From positions 1 through 64,000 of IMG/VR virus record IMGVR_UViG_3300032163_000009: a DNA stretch of 64,000 bases. One strand, written 5' to 3'. The translations under genes and the position numbers were made by a program. The DNA comes from a virus. The notes beneath the pieces are model-generated. The model saw only the letters and a program-made list of their open reading frames with translations. It was not told the origin of the DNA and did no database searches. The first letter of the stretch is position 1. Every line of letters begins with the position of its first letter. Below, piece by piece: positions 55,945 to 64,000 of this stretch.

Positions 55945-56358
55945 ATGAAAAACAAATCAACGCGATCGAGTCCAACGATCGGCGCTTCGACACTGCCGAT
56001 TAAATATGCCGTGAAAGACGCCGGGCGCGTGCTGCCCTCGACGGTGGCGGCGAAAGTGCAATTGCTGGCTGAGGCGTTCAATCAATCAGCGCGTGAACGC
56101 AATGCCAACACGACCGGCTCGATCGTTCCATTGATTGTCAAGTTTCGGTTGCATACAGTGATGGCGCCGATTGTTGGCTACGCAGATGTGCCACTTGACG
56201 CCATGCTGTTTCAAGACAATCGAGAAATTAAGCCGATGACCAAAAATCTCGACAGTCGGCGCGGCGACACTTATGCCGTGCGGCTGATGGCGCATGAAGG
56301 CAATCACTTTTTGGAAGTGTATCACTACACATGGCAAGCGGAGGTTGAACATGCCTGA
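55945..56358 (+). CDS. hypothetical protein
   Basis: AGGAG RBS. Confidence 0.6.
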   Translation: MKNKSTRSSPTIGASTLPIKYAVKDAGRVLPSTVAAKVQLLAEAFNQSARERNANTTGSIVPLIVKFRLHTVMAPIVGYADVPLDAMLFQDNREIKPMTKNLDSRRGDTYAVRLMAHEGNHFLEVYHYTWQAEVEHA

Positions 56359-56620
56359 TCAATTGCGCAAAATAAAAACGATCATCGGCTATACCGCCGA
56401 CGCCCGCTTTTACGCAGAAGCGAGCGACGAGATTGTCGGCTTCGTCAAACGGCGTTCTGAAATTCCTTCACCGTACCGTTACTCACCAACGCATGAAGTG
56501 CTGCTATTCAAGGGCTTGAAAGTCATTCACGTTGAAACGGCACATCGCCGCTATGAAATTTTCGACGTGAGCGATCTGCAAATCTTCGCAACCGAAGACG
56601 AAGCGATGAATAGCGCTTGA
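56351..56620 (+). CDS. hypothetical protein
   Basis: GGAGG RBS. Confidence 0.6.
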   Translation: MPDQLRKIKTIIGYTADARFYAEASDEIVGFVKRRSEIPSPYRYSPTHEVLLFKGLKVIHVETAHRRYEIFDVSDLQIFATEDEAMNSA

Positions 56621-56624
56621 TTGA

Positions 56625-56653
56625 TTGTCAAGAATTGTATAACCATTTATAAT
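56625..56653 (+). promoter_or_regulatory. sigma70 promoter
   Basis: TTGTCA-17-TATAAT. Confidence 0.75.
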
Positions 56654-56674
56654 AATCCTCGGAGGCATTCCAAT

Positions 56675-57136
56675 ATGGACGAAAAATTGTTAGGCACGAA
56701 TGTAAGCGATCGGCGGATCGGATTTTGTTTGGTCTGCGGCGAGGTCGGCGCAGTGGCGATCGAGATTGGCGGCACACTGATCATCTCGACCAATTATCAA
56801 AACATCACCGGCGCAGAACATCCTAACGCGCTGCGCTCGATCGATGTTGATCACGGCAACGGCCAAGCGCATTGTCGGGCCGAAGACTTGGGCTTGCTGG
56901 AAATTCACCAGACGGCACAGCTCTCCGGTAGCCACGATCAAACGATCTACAAGGCGATTCAACGCAAGCGACTGAGCGCGACAACTTTGCCGTTCACCGG
57001 CAACCGGCAATTTATTGATCCGATCGACTTGCCGCACTACTGGCTGACCGCGAAAGCGGGCCGCCCGAAAGGGCCACGCAGCAAGCCGTATCAATACAAA
57101 AAGAAAGAACCGGAGGCTGCTATCGCCAATAAATAA
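56675..57136 (+). CDS. DNA-binding protein (excisionase-like HTH + GRP hook)
   Basis: LLEIHQTAQLSG...TIYKAIQRKRL.A; KAGRPKG. Confidence 0.6.
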   Translation: MDEKLLGTNVSDRRIGFCLVCGEVGAVAIEIGGTLIISTNYQNITGAEHPNALRSIDVDHGNGQAHCRAEDLGLLEIHQTAQLSGSHDQTIYKAIQRKRLSATTLPFTGNRQFIDPIDLPHYWLTAKAGRPKGPRSKPYQYKKKEPEAAIANK

Positions 57137-57188
57137 TATCGACGCGTTCAAAAAAAGAGTTCTACTATCTGATTCGGAGGAATCGAAA

Positions 57189-58715
57189 ATGTTATCAACA
57201 AAATCTGCTCGGCAGGCAGGCGTCCCCCTCATTGTCGTTGAAACCAACGACAGCGCCCAATCGGTTAAAACATTTCGCGCGGAGTTAAATGGTCGGGCTG
57301 ACACCAGTCCGATGATTTCGCACGATCTAGGCAGCGGCGTGCAAGCCTACAACGACGTTGGCGGAGAATTGCTGCAAACCTTGTGCGGCGACGAAGATCG
57401 CACCGGCATGAATCCAGCCACGTTCTTAATCAATGTAGCGAAGCTGCGCAGCCTGGAAGTTGAGCAACCGGTCTATGTGTTGCTGTTCAATCCGCAGTTG
57501 TATTGGAACTTGGAGTCCGGCATCACCATTCAGCAAGCGGTCTGGAATCTGCGCGACGTACTCAAGCCCTCGAAATCTCAACTGCTCATGTTCGTGCCGA
57601 CTGGCACGCAATTGCCCGACGTGTTGAAGTCGGACGTGCTGGTGTTGAAAGACACGCTGCCCACGCCTGCGGAGTTGACCGAGATCATCGAACGCACGCT
57701 GAACAGCGCAGTCAAAGCCGGATTGGATGCCAAGAAAATCCCTGATCGCGTGACCATTCTCAAGACACTGACGGGCTTGCCTGCGTTTCCAGCGGAGCAG
57801 GTGTTAGCGATGTCCATTAGTCGTGAGGGCGTTGACACGAAAAATTTGTGGGAGCGCAAGCGCCAAGCGATCGAACAAACGCCCGGCCTCAGCGTGTGGC
57901 GCGGCGGCGAATCGTTTAACGACATTGGCGGCTACGAGAACGTCAAAGAGTTCATGCGGCGCATTATCGGCGGCCGTGACGCGCCGAACGCGATCGTTTA
58001 TCAAGACGAGATGGAAAAGTTTTTCGGCGCGAACGTGACCGGCGACAATACCGGTGTCACGCAAGATCAGTTAGGCGTGCAATTGGCTTACATGCAAGAC
58101 ACCAACGCGCTCGGCTGCATGTTCCTCGGTGTGCGCGGCAGTGGCAAGAGCGCGATTGCCAAAGCGATCGGCAACGAAGCTGGCATCCCCACGATCGCGC
58201 TAGACTTGGGCGGCATGAAGGCGGGCATCGTGGGATCTTCGGAAGCGCGGCTGCGCAGCGCATTCGATGTCGTTAGTTCAATCTCGCAGGGCCGTGTGTT
58301 GTTCATTGCCACCTGCAACTCGGTCGCCACGCTGCCACCGGAATTGCGACGGCGTTACAACTACGGCACTTTCTTCTTCGACATCCCCGACAGCGCCTCG
58401 CGCAAAAAGATTTGGGACATTTACAAAAAGAAGTATCCTGAACTGGCGAAAGAAAAAACGCCATCGGACGAAGGCTGGACGGGCAGCGAGATTCGAAACT
58501 GCGTGATGATTGCGTGGAACTTGAAGATCACGCTGCTGGACGCGGCCAAGTACATTGTGCCGGTGACCGTTAGCGACGCAGTGGCGACCACGCGCCTGTT
58601 AGAGAGCGCCAACAATCGGTATTTGGATGCGTCGAGCGCGGGACTATTCCAATACAAGTCGAAGTCAAAGAGCAGCGCAGCCAATTCGGGCGAGCGCAAA
58701 ATGGAGTTGGATTAA
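57189..58715 (+). CDS. Ycf46-like AAA+ ATPase with permuted Walker B/Walker A order
   Basis: FNDIGG, then IVYQDEMEK, then GVRGSGKS, VGSSE and IATCN..LPPELRR. Confidence 0.88.
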   Translation: MLSTKSARQAGVPLIVVETNDSAQSVKTFRAELNGRADTSPMISHDLGSGVQAYNDVGGELLQTLCGDEDRTGMNPATFLINVAKLRSLEVEQPVYVLLFNPQLYWNLESGITIQQAVWNLRDVLKPSKSQLLMFVPTGTQLPDVLKSDVLVLKDTLPTPAELTEIIERTLNSAVKAGLDAKKIPDRVTILKTLTGLPAFPAEQVLAMSISREGVDTKNLWERKRQAIEQTPGLSVWRGGESFNDIGGYENVKEFMRRIIGGRDAPNAIVYQDEMEKFFGANVTGDNTGVTQDQLGVQLAYMQDTNALGCMFLGVRGSGKSAIAKAIGNEAGIPTIALDLGGMKAGIVGSSEARLRSAFDVVSSISQGRVLFIATCNSVATLPPELRRRYNYGTFFFDIPDSASRKKIWDIYKKKYPELAKEKTPSDEGWTGSEIRNCVMIAWNLKITLLDAAKYIVPVTVSDAVATTRLLESANNRYLDASSAGLFQYKSKSKSSAANSGERKMELD

Positions 58716-58716
58716 C

Positions 58717-58989
58717 ATGCCTTGCGATACAGTTCAAATCACGGGAATTCAATTAGGCAAAGTCGATGCCGCGCTGCTGGAAGCAGCGATGGCGAGTTTG
58801 GACTATCAACGCTATCAATGGAAGTTGATCGGCGAAGAAGTGCAAGTGCGCGGCCAGCGGCTGACCGATGAAGATATTTCAGCGGTCAAGGTGGCGTATT
58901 CGCAGCAGGTGGTGAAGCAGACGGCTAATAAGTTTGGCTGGCAGTTGAAGCAGATTAGCCCGACGCAGTTTGTGGCGGTGAAGCGATGA
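58717..58989 (+). CDS. DUF1257-like protein
   Basis: LL.AA...L; AYSQQVV...A.KFGW; follows the AAA gene. Confidence 0.7.
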   Translation: MPCDTVQITGIQLGKVDAALLEAAMASLDYQRYQWKLIGEEVQVRGQRLTDEDISAVKVAYSQQVVKQTANKFGWQLKQISPTQFVAVKR

Positions 58990-59198
58990 ACGGCGACGAA
59001 ATCAAGATTGAGATTCTCGCAGACGGCACGATCAAGATCGAAACCGATCGCATCGGCCCCGCCAATCACTTGAGCGCCGAACGCTTCATCAAAGAAGCGC
59101 AGCGCTTGGCAGGCGGTGCGACTAAAATCACCCGCAAGGTTGGCAAATTCTTGCGCGGTCAACACGATCATTCACATACTCAAACCGGAGGGCATTGA
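58986..59198 (+). CDS. DUF2997-like protein
   Basis: IKIEILADGTIKIET; context. Confidence 0.7.
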   Translation: MNGDEIKIEILADGTIKIETDRIGPANHLSAERFIKEAQRLAGGATKITRKVGKFLRGQHDHSHTQTGGH

Positions 59199-59202
59199 GA
59201 GC

Positions 59203-60228
59203 ATGGCAAACAAAACAGCAACACCTAAGAAATTGAGTCGGCAGGTTATCCGCAGCGTGGAGCAGGCTTTTGGCGAAGCCGACAAACCAAGCGGCAGTCA
59301 AACGATCGGTCTCGACGTGTTAGCGAACGCGGCGTTATTCACGTTCACTTTTCACCGCTGGGGCAATCGGCGCAAAGCCGACACCACGCCCGAAGGCGCG
59401 ATCGATGACGAAGACAAGGCGAAGAAGCGCGTGCGATCGACGCTGCGCTTAATTGAGAGCGAAGCGTACGATACCATCAATAGTTATATCAACGAAGCGC
59501 GGCAGTGGCTATTGGGGCGGTGTATGCCGTCCTACATGGTCAAGGGCGTGTTTTTCGTTAAGTTGGATCAAGTCGAAACGTTTGAGGCGAAGATCGCGGA
59601 AGTGAAAGAATGGATGTCCAAGACCGGCTTGCCGGATTTGCTGAGCGACTATGAGCGCGCCATTGATCAAGCGGAAGTAGACTTGCGGGCGGTGTCTCGC
59701 ACACTGCGCAGCGCGGAGTTATTCAATCGCGCCGATTATCCCAAGCCAAACGACTTGCGGTCGCGCTATTATGTGACGCACAACTGGATGAGCTTCGGCG
59801 TGCCGCAGAACTTGCCGCTGAAGATACGCGAGCAGGAAGAGACGAAGATCAAAGCCAAGTTCGAAGACGCAGCCGCCGAAATTACCGAAGCGCTGCGGGC
59901 GGCTTTCAACGAACTGCTCACCACGGCGACGGCGCGACTGACCGCCAACCCCAACGGCAAGAAGATGATCATTCGATCGGCGCTGGTCGACAACTTCAAC
60001 GAGTTCATCGAGACGTTCAACGCGCGGAACTTGACCGACGATCGACAGTTGGAACAACTGGTTGAGCAAGCGCGAGCATTGATGAAGGGGGTCAGCGCCG
60101 AAACACTGCGCACGCGCCCGACGGTGCGGCGCAGCGTGGCCGCGCAGTTGTTAAACTTGCAAGCGGCCGCAAAAGAACTGGTCATCGAGCGACCGGATCG
60201 AAAATTCGACTTTGATGATGAGGAATAA
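59203..60228 (+). CDS. DUF3150-like protein
   Basis: WG..RK, FNRADYP, F...NLTDD.QL..LV.QAR. Confidence 0.65.
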   Translation: MANKTATPKKLSRQVIRSVEQAFGEADKPSGSQTIGLDVLANAALFTFTFHRWGNRRKADTTPEGAIDDEDKAKKRVRSTLRLIESEAYDTINSYINEARQWLLGRCMPSYMVKGVFFVKLDQVETFEAKIAEVKEWMSKTGLPDLLSDYERAIDQAEVDLRAVSRTLRSAELFNRADYPKPNDLRSRYYVTHNWMSFGVPQNLPLKIREQEETKIKAKFEDAAAEITEALRAAFNELLTTATARLTANPNGKKMIIRSALVDNFNEFIETFNARNLTDDRQLEQLVEQARALMKGVSAETLRTRPTVRRSVAAQLLNLQAAAKELVIERPDRKFDFDDEE

Positions 60229-60230
60229 AC

Positions 60231-60581
60231 ATGCCAACTGTCAGTGACGCCAAACAAGATGAAGTCTGGCAGCACTTGATGCAGTTGCCTGCGTCACACC
60301 GCCCTAACGGTGTGACGCAGGCCAGGCTGGAACGCATCAAGGCGCAGGTCTACCAATACCCGTTCTTCTGGCAAGATGTCGTCGTGCGACATGGCTTGCT
60401 CGATCGAACGCCGGAGCAACTGAAAGCCGCTGATCTCGCGGCCTACGAACACATGCTCGGCAATGCGTGGGGCATGATAGCGACGCTGGTGCAGCAAATG
60501 CTGCTCGCGCCGGAGCAGCCCGAGGTGATTAAGGAGCAGCATGAGCAAAGAGATAGTGCGCAGTGTGCGGCTTTGGAATAA
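60231..60581 (+). CDS. hypothetical protein
   Basis: GAGGA RBS. Confidence 0.6.
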   Translation: MPTVSDAKQDEVWQHLMQLPASHRPNGVTQARLERIKAQVYQYPFFWQDVVVRHGLLDRTPEQLKAADLAAYEHMLGNAWGMIATLVQQMLLAPEQPEVIKEQHEQRDSAQCAALE

Positions 60582-61092
60582 CACCGATCGGCACGACAAG
60601 GTGTACGAGATCGATCTGGTGCAGCCTGACGGATCGAAAAATCTGTATGAAGTGCAATTCCGTTACGGGCGGCGCGGCACCAATTTGCAAGTCGGTGTGA
60701 AGGTGCGCGACGTGTCGCTGCTGAAAGCCGAAGCCGTTTACGCTGACCTGTTAGCAACAAAGCGCGGGCGCGGATATGAAATCTTGGCTTACCAATCGGT
60801 ATCCAGCCTCGGAGAAGCCCGCGCTGAGCGAGTTGAATGGACAGGCGAAACGCTGGCAGATAAATCCGAGAAAGCCGCACGCGAAATCTTGGCACAACGG
60901 CAGCGTGAGAGAATCACTGAAATAAACCGGCGCGGAATCAAGCGCTCATTAAGCGACGAAGACATTCTTCTGCGGCGCGTCACGCAAACAACGCAGGCCA
61001 AGCCAGCCGCCAAGCCACCCGCAGGCAAATCGAACACGACTAAACCGATCGGGCCGACCGAGCGGAAATTTACTTTTGACGACGAGGAGTAG
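60541..61092 (+). CDS. WGR domain protein
   Basis: HDKVYEI, V.FRYGRRG, K..RGY. Confidence 0.85.
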   Translation: MSKEIVRSVRLWNNTDRHDKVYEIDLVQPDGSKNLYEVQFRYGRRGTNLQVGVKVRDVSLLKAEAVYADLLATKRGRGYEILAYQSVSSLGEARAERVEWTGETLADKSEKAAREILAQRQRERITEINRRGIKRSLSDEDILLRRVTQTTQAKPAAKPPAGKSNTTKPIGPTERKFTFDDEE

Positions 61093-61095
61093 GAC

Positions 61096-61590
61096 ATGGA
61101 TCAAGAACAATTGATAGAAGAAATTAGAGTGTTGGCACTGGCCCGCGAAGAACTCGCCAAAGCCAAAGATAAAGCCAAAGCGCAGCGCGAGGCGTTCGAT
61201 CAATCGCTTGAGCGGCAGGCAATGCTTGCACAGCAAACCATACTGGAAGCCAGTGTGACAAACATCGAAGCCGAGTTGCGCAATGAAATGGCGCGGCACT
61301 ATCAAGCCACCGGCTTCAAGTCGTTGGCGGATGGCGCGTTAGGGATTCGCGTGTCGAAGGCGTTTCACTATACGCCCGACGAAGCGACGGCGTGGGCCAA
61401 GTCAAACGCGCCGGTGCTGCTGGTGTTGGATCAAAAGGCGTTCGAGAAAATGATCGGCAGTCTGGAGCACAAGCCCGCTTTCGTGATCGAGACGCCGGAC
61501 GTGAAGGCGACGATCGCTACCGATTTGAGCAAGTATCTTAAACCCGAAGGAGGTGAGGCTGGCACGAACACGCAAGCAACGAGCGACTAA
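61096..61590 (+). CDS. Gp157/Gam-like coiled-coil protein
   Basis: Coiled coil; G.KSL..G.LGIR; LDQKAFEK. Confidence 0.55.
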   Translation: MDQEQLIEEIRVLALAREELAKAKDKAKAQREAFDQSLERQAMLAQQTILEASVTNIEAELRNEMARHYQATGFKSLADGALGIRVSKAFHYTPDEATAWAKSNAPVLLVLDQKAFEKMIGSLEHKPAFVIETPDVKATIATDLSKYLKPEGGEAGTNTQATSD

Positions 61591-61612
61591 TTGATACCGA
61601 TCGGAGGATAGT

Positions 61613-62014
61613 ATGGCAAGAACTTATGTGCAAGACAGAACCAAAAAGCGTCGCGTGAGTGTGTGGCAAGACGACGGTCGCACGGCCTCAGCGCATGCCG
61701 CCCAGTGGTGTGTGTGTGGTTACTGTTGGGGGCCGGTGGTGGAACGCTACGACGAGGAATTGAAGCGTTGGTATGCGTCCTGTTCGAATGAACTGCATCG
61801 CGGCTTTCACCACTTCGTCTTTGTCGAGCGCACGAAATCGGCGCACGCGCTGGAGGTGCTGGAAGTCAAGCACTTCTATTCGCGGACGCCGCTGGCCGCT
61901 GCGCTCGGCTTTGAACCACCGCTGACCGGCGACGCGCTTCAAGCCCGATTGAAGCAGAACAAACAAGTATTGGGCCAAAGTGATCTCAACCTAGGAGCAA
62001 ATATAAATGAGTAA
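61613..62014 (+). CDS. hypothetical zinc-binding protein
   Basis: CGYC and C....H. Confidence 0.6.
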   Translation: MARTYVQDRTKKRRVSVWQDDGRTASAHAAQWCVCGYCWGPVVERYDEELKRWYASCSNELHRGFHHFVFVERTKSAHALEVLEVKHFYSRTPLAAALGFEPPLTGDALQARLKQNKQVLGQSDLNLGANINE

Positions 62015-63257
62015 AGGACCCGTAAGAATGGCGCTGCGCGGAGAACGGCAAGTCGGTGATCCGTTTCCAACGTTCGCTAATATCCGCAAAGGCGCGCCTA
62101 AGATCGATCGTGTAGATGGGGCCAGCGGCCGCGGGTATCAAGTGGTCGGGCCGAACTTGAAGCACTTTCGATTCACCGCGTTCAATGAAACGAACGAGCG
62201 ACTGGTCGCGTTCATCAAGTCGTTGGGCGATGAACCCAATCACATCCCGTTCTACTTTCCAGCGCGGGCGATCGACAACAACTTCATGTTCCGCAATGAA
62301 GGCTATCGCGGCAGCGTGATGATTCACCGCTGCATGCCGGACGAATCGCGCTTGGTGCTAACGGACTTGAATCCCAAGACGTTTGCGCAGCGCGTCAAGC
62401 AAGGCAAAAGTGTCGAGACTGGGCAGCCGGTGCAGTGCGAATGTCCTGAGCAGCCGTTGTATCTGGATGGCAAACAGAAGCCGGTCAATTGCAGTCCGGT
62501 GGTGCGAATGCGAATCATGATTCCAGGCCAAGGCGAGATCGGCGAGCCCGGCTGCTTTCAGGTGTTGAGCACGTCGGCGTATGACGGTATCTACCTCACG
62601 CGCCAACTTGAAGGCTTCTACGAACTGTTGACGATGAACGCGCAGATGGAAGCCAACGGGCTGCGCGGCGTGCCGTTCTACTTGAATCGCTCGATGCGCC
62701 CGATCAAATATCGGGACGACAGCGGCAAGCTGATCAGCCGCGAAGAGTCTTTGCTGTGGCTGGAAATCGATCCCAAGTTCGGCGCGACGCTGCTCGATCG
62801 CATGGTGCAAGAAACACTGGCCGCTGTGAAAGATCAGCCGGTGTTGATGCCTGCTTCAATCGCCGACGAACTGCCCGAAGGGGGCGGACACACCGACAAC
62901 GAAGAACTGTTGAGCATCGTTAGCGGCAGCACAGACAGCGCCGACAGTGCGCCTGATCTGGATTTGACGACGCCGCCCGCTGAGCCGCAACAAACCAAGC
63001 CGCCGACCACGCAAGCGGTCGCAGTGCGCAGTCCGCAGCCCCCGCCCGTCGAAACGGCCTATGCCGCTGATGACTTACCGGGCAACGGTCAAGGCTTTCT
63101 CGACTGGCTCAAGGAAAAGAAGTTCAAAGGGGAGTGGGTGGTCAAGGTGTTAGGCATGGATGCCAAGAAGTATCAGCGCGAGCTGCAAGTCGATTGGCGC
63201 ACGATCGCGCAAATCTTAGTCGACGCGAAAGCGAAGGAAGCGACCACGCCGAAGTAA
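62007..63257 (+). CDS. Gp3-like / recombination-directionality-factor-like protein
   Basis: FP....IRKGAPK, HFRF, ST.AYD and GVPF.L.R; recalled family resemblance. Confidence 0.65.
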   Translation: MSKGPVRMALRGERQVGDPFPTFANIRKGAPKIDRVDGASGRGYQVVGPNLKHFRFTAFNETNERLVAFIKSLGDEPNHIPFYFPARAIDNNFMFRNEGYRGSVMIHRCMPDESRLVLTDLNPKTFAQRVKQGKSVETGQPVQCECPEQPLYLDGKQKPVNCSPVVRMRIMIPGQGEIGEPGCFQVLSTSAYDGIYLTRQLEGFYELLTMNAQMEANGLRGVPFYLNRSMRPIKYRDDSGKLISREESLLWLEIDPKFGATLLDRMVQETLAAVKDQPVLMPASIADELPEGGGHTDNEELLSIVSGSTDSADSAPDLDLTTPPAEPQQTKPPTTQAVAVRSPQPPPVETAYAADDLPGNGQGFLDWLKEKKFKGEWVVKVLGMDAKKYQRELQVDWRTIAQILVDAKAKEATTPK

Positions 63258-63351
63258 GCCGCAGGATGAGGTTGCCGGAACACATTTCAACGCAGCCGAT
63301 CGACGGCAACTCGATCGGCTGCATCAAATTTAATCGGAGAACAATAAACGC

Positions 63352-63711
63352 ATGGAAAAGAAAATGGAAAAGAAAAAGGTAGTAGTGAAGCAGGTAGTGA
63401 AGCAAGCGCCGAACTTCTTGACTGTCGATCAGATTCAAACGACCGGCGATCAAGTTTACTCGCGCTGGTGCAAAGGCGTGATCGACGGCACGCCGTTTGA
63501 TTTGCTGGCCGCGCAGTTGGCTGTGGAGTTTGTGCCGCAAGTCAAGAAGGGTCAAAAGGCGACGGCGATCGAACAACTGCGCGACGCCTTCAAAGAGATG
63601 TGGCAGGCGCGCAATCGCAGCGACCGTGCCGTGTACGATCTCGTGTTGGAAGAATGCGTGTTGGTGCAGTTGAATCCGGCACTGGCAATGGAACTGGCAG
63701 GTGTGGCATGA
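63352..63711 (+). CDS. hypothetical protein
   Basis: ATCGGAGA RBS. Confidence 0.6.
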   Translation: MEKKMEKKKVVVKQVVKQAPNFLTVDQIQTTGDQVYSRWCKGVIDGTPFDLLAAQLAVEFVPQVKKGQKATAIEQLRDAFKEMWQARNRSDRAVYDLVLEECVLVQLNPALAMELAGVA

Positions 63712-64000
63712 CGGCCAGCAAACAAGGCACACTGACTGACATTCGGCGCGAGTTGATCGATCGCAACCCCGACAACATGCGCAAGATTTTCGATGAAGCG
63801 AAGTTGCAGGAACTAGCGCAGTCGATCAAAGAGCACGGCTTGAATACGCCAATCGTGGTCGCCGAGCGCGGCGATCGGTACATGCTGATCGCCGGTGAAC
63901 GGCGCTTCCGCGCGGCCACACTCATTGACCTCGACGTGCTGCCTGCTTTCGTGAAGGTGGGGCTGGACGATAAGCAAATCGCTATCGCATCAGCGGTAGA
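63708..64000 (+). CDS. ParB/Spo0J-family protein (truncated by window edge)
   Basis: MTASK..NPDNMRKIFDEAKLQELAQSIKEHGLNTPIVV...LIAGERRFRA. Confidence 0.9.
   Translation, partial: MTASKQGTLTDIRRELIDRNPDNMRKIFDEAKLQELAQSIKEHGLNTPIVVAERGDRYMLIAGERRFRAATLIDLDVLPAFVKVGLDDKQIAIASAV

Noticed and set aside
1-64000. Integrase, integron integrase, tRNA genes, alternative genetic code
   Set aside because: None seen. Core genes are intact under the standard code. Lifestyle cannot be decided from this window.

Overview
The window is most of a tailed dsDNA phage genome: siphovirus-type morphogenesis, HK97-like head, long non-contractile tail, no sheath gene. The host is probably Chloroflexota; this is inferred from ATQ/TA-rich lipoproteins, the lysin architecture and the Gp3-like gene. 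Early/accessory genes run on + from ~51.1 kb to the window end and from 1 to ~7.4 kb. Late genes run on - from ~49.9 kb to ~7.5 kb: a DNA-modification cluster, terminase, portal, protease, capsid, neck, tail, fibre and lysis. No integrase, tRNA, CRISPR array or reverse transcriptase was seen. Main points of interest: (1) integron-type attC gene cassettes inserted inside phage genes, one of which restores an intact ORF when removed in silico; (2) a QueC-less 7-deazaguanine DNA-modification operon next to the terminase (queD, queE, DpdL-like QueD paralog, radical SAM/SPASM, glycosyltransferase, TGT/DpdA-like, ParB-N, folE, methyltransferase), suggesting an undescribed hypermodified base; (3) a ~750-nt structured non-coding leader behind a consensus sigma70 promoter; (4) a Ycf46-like AAA+ ATPase with its Walker B segment placed before Walker A, in an operon whose proteins share a C-terminal RKFxFDDEE-like tail; (5) a repeated ATCGGAG start-associated motif and a late-strand small RNA complementary to it; (6) strong CGATCG enrichment. 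All calls were made by eye from motifs and synteny; no searches were run.
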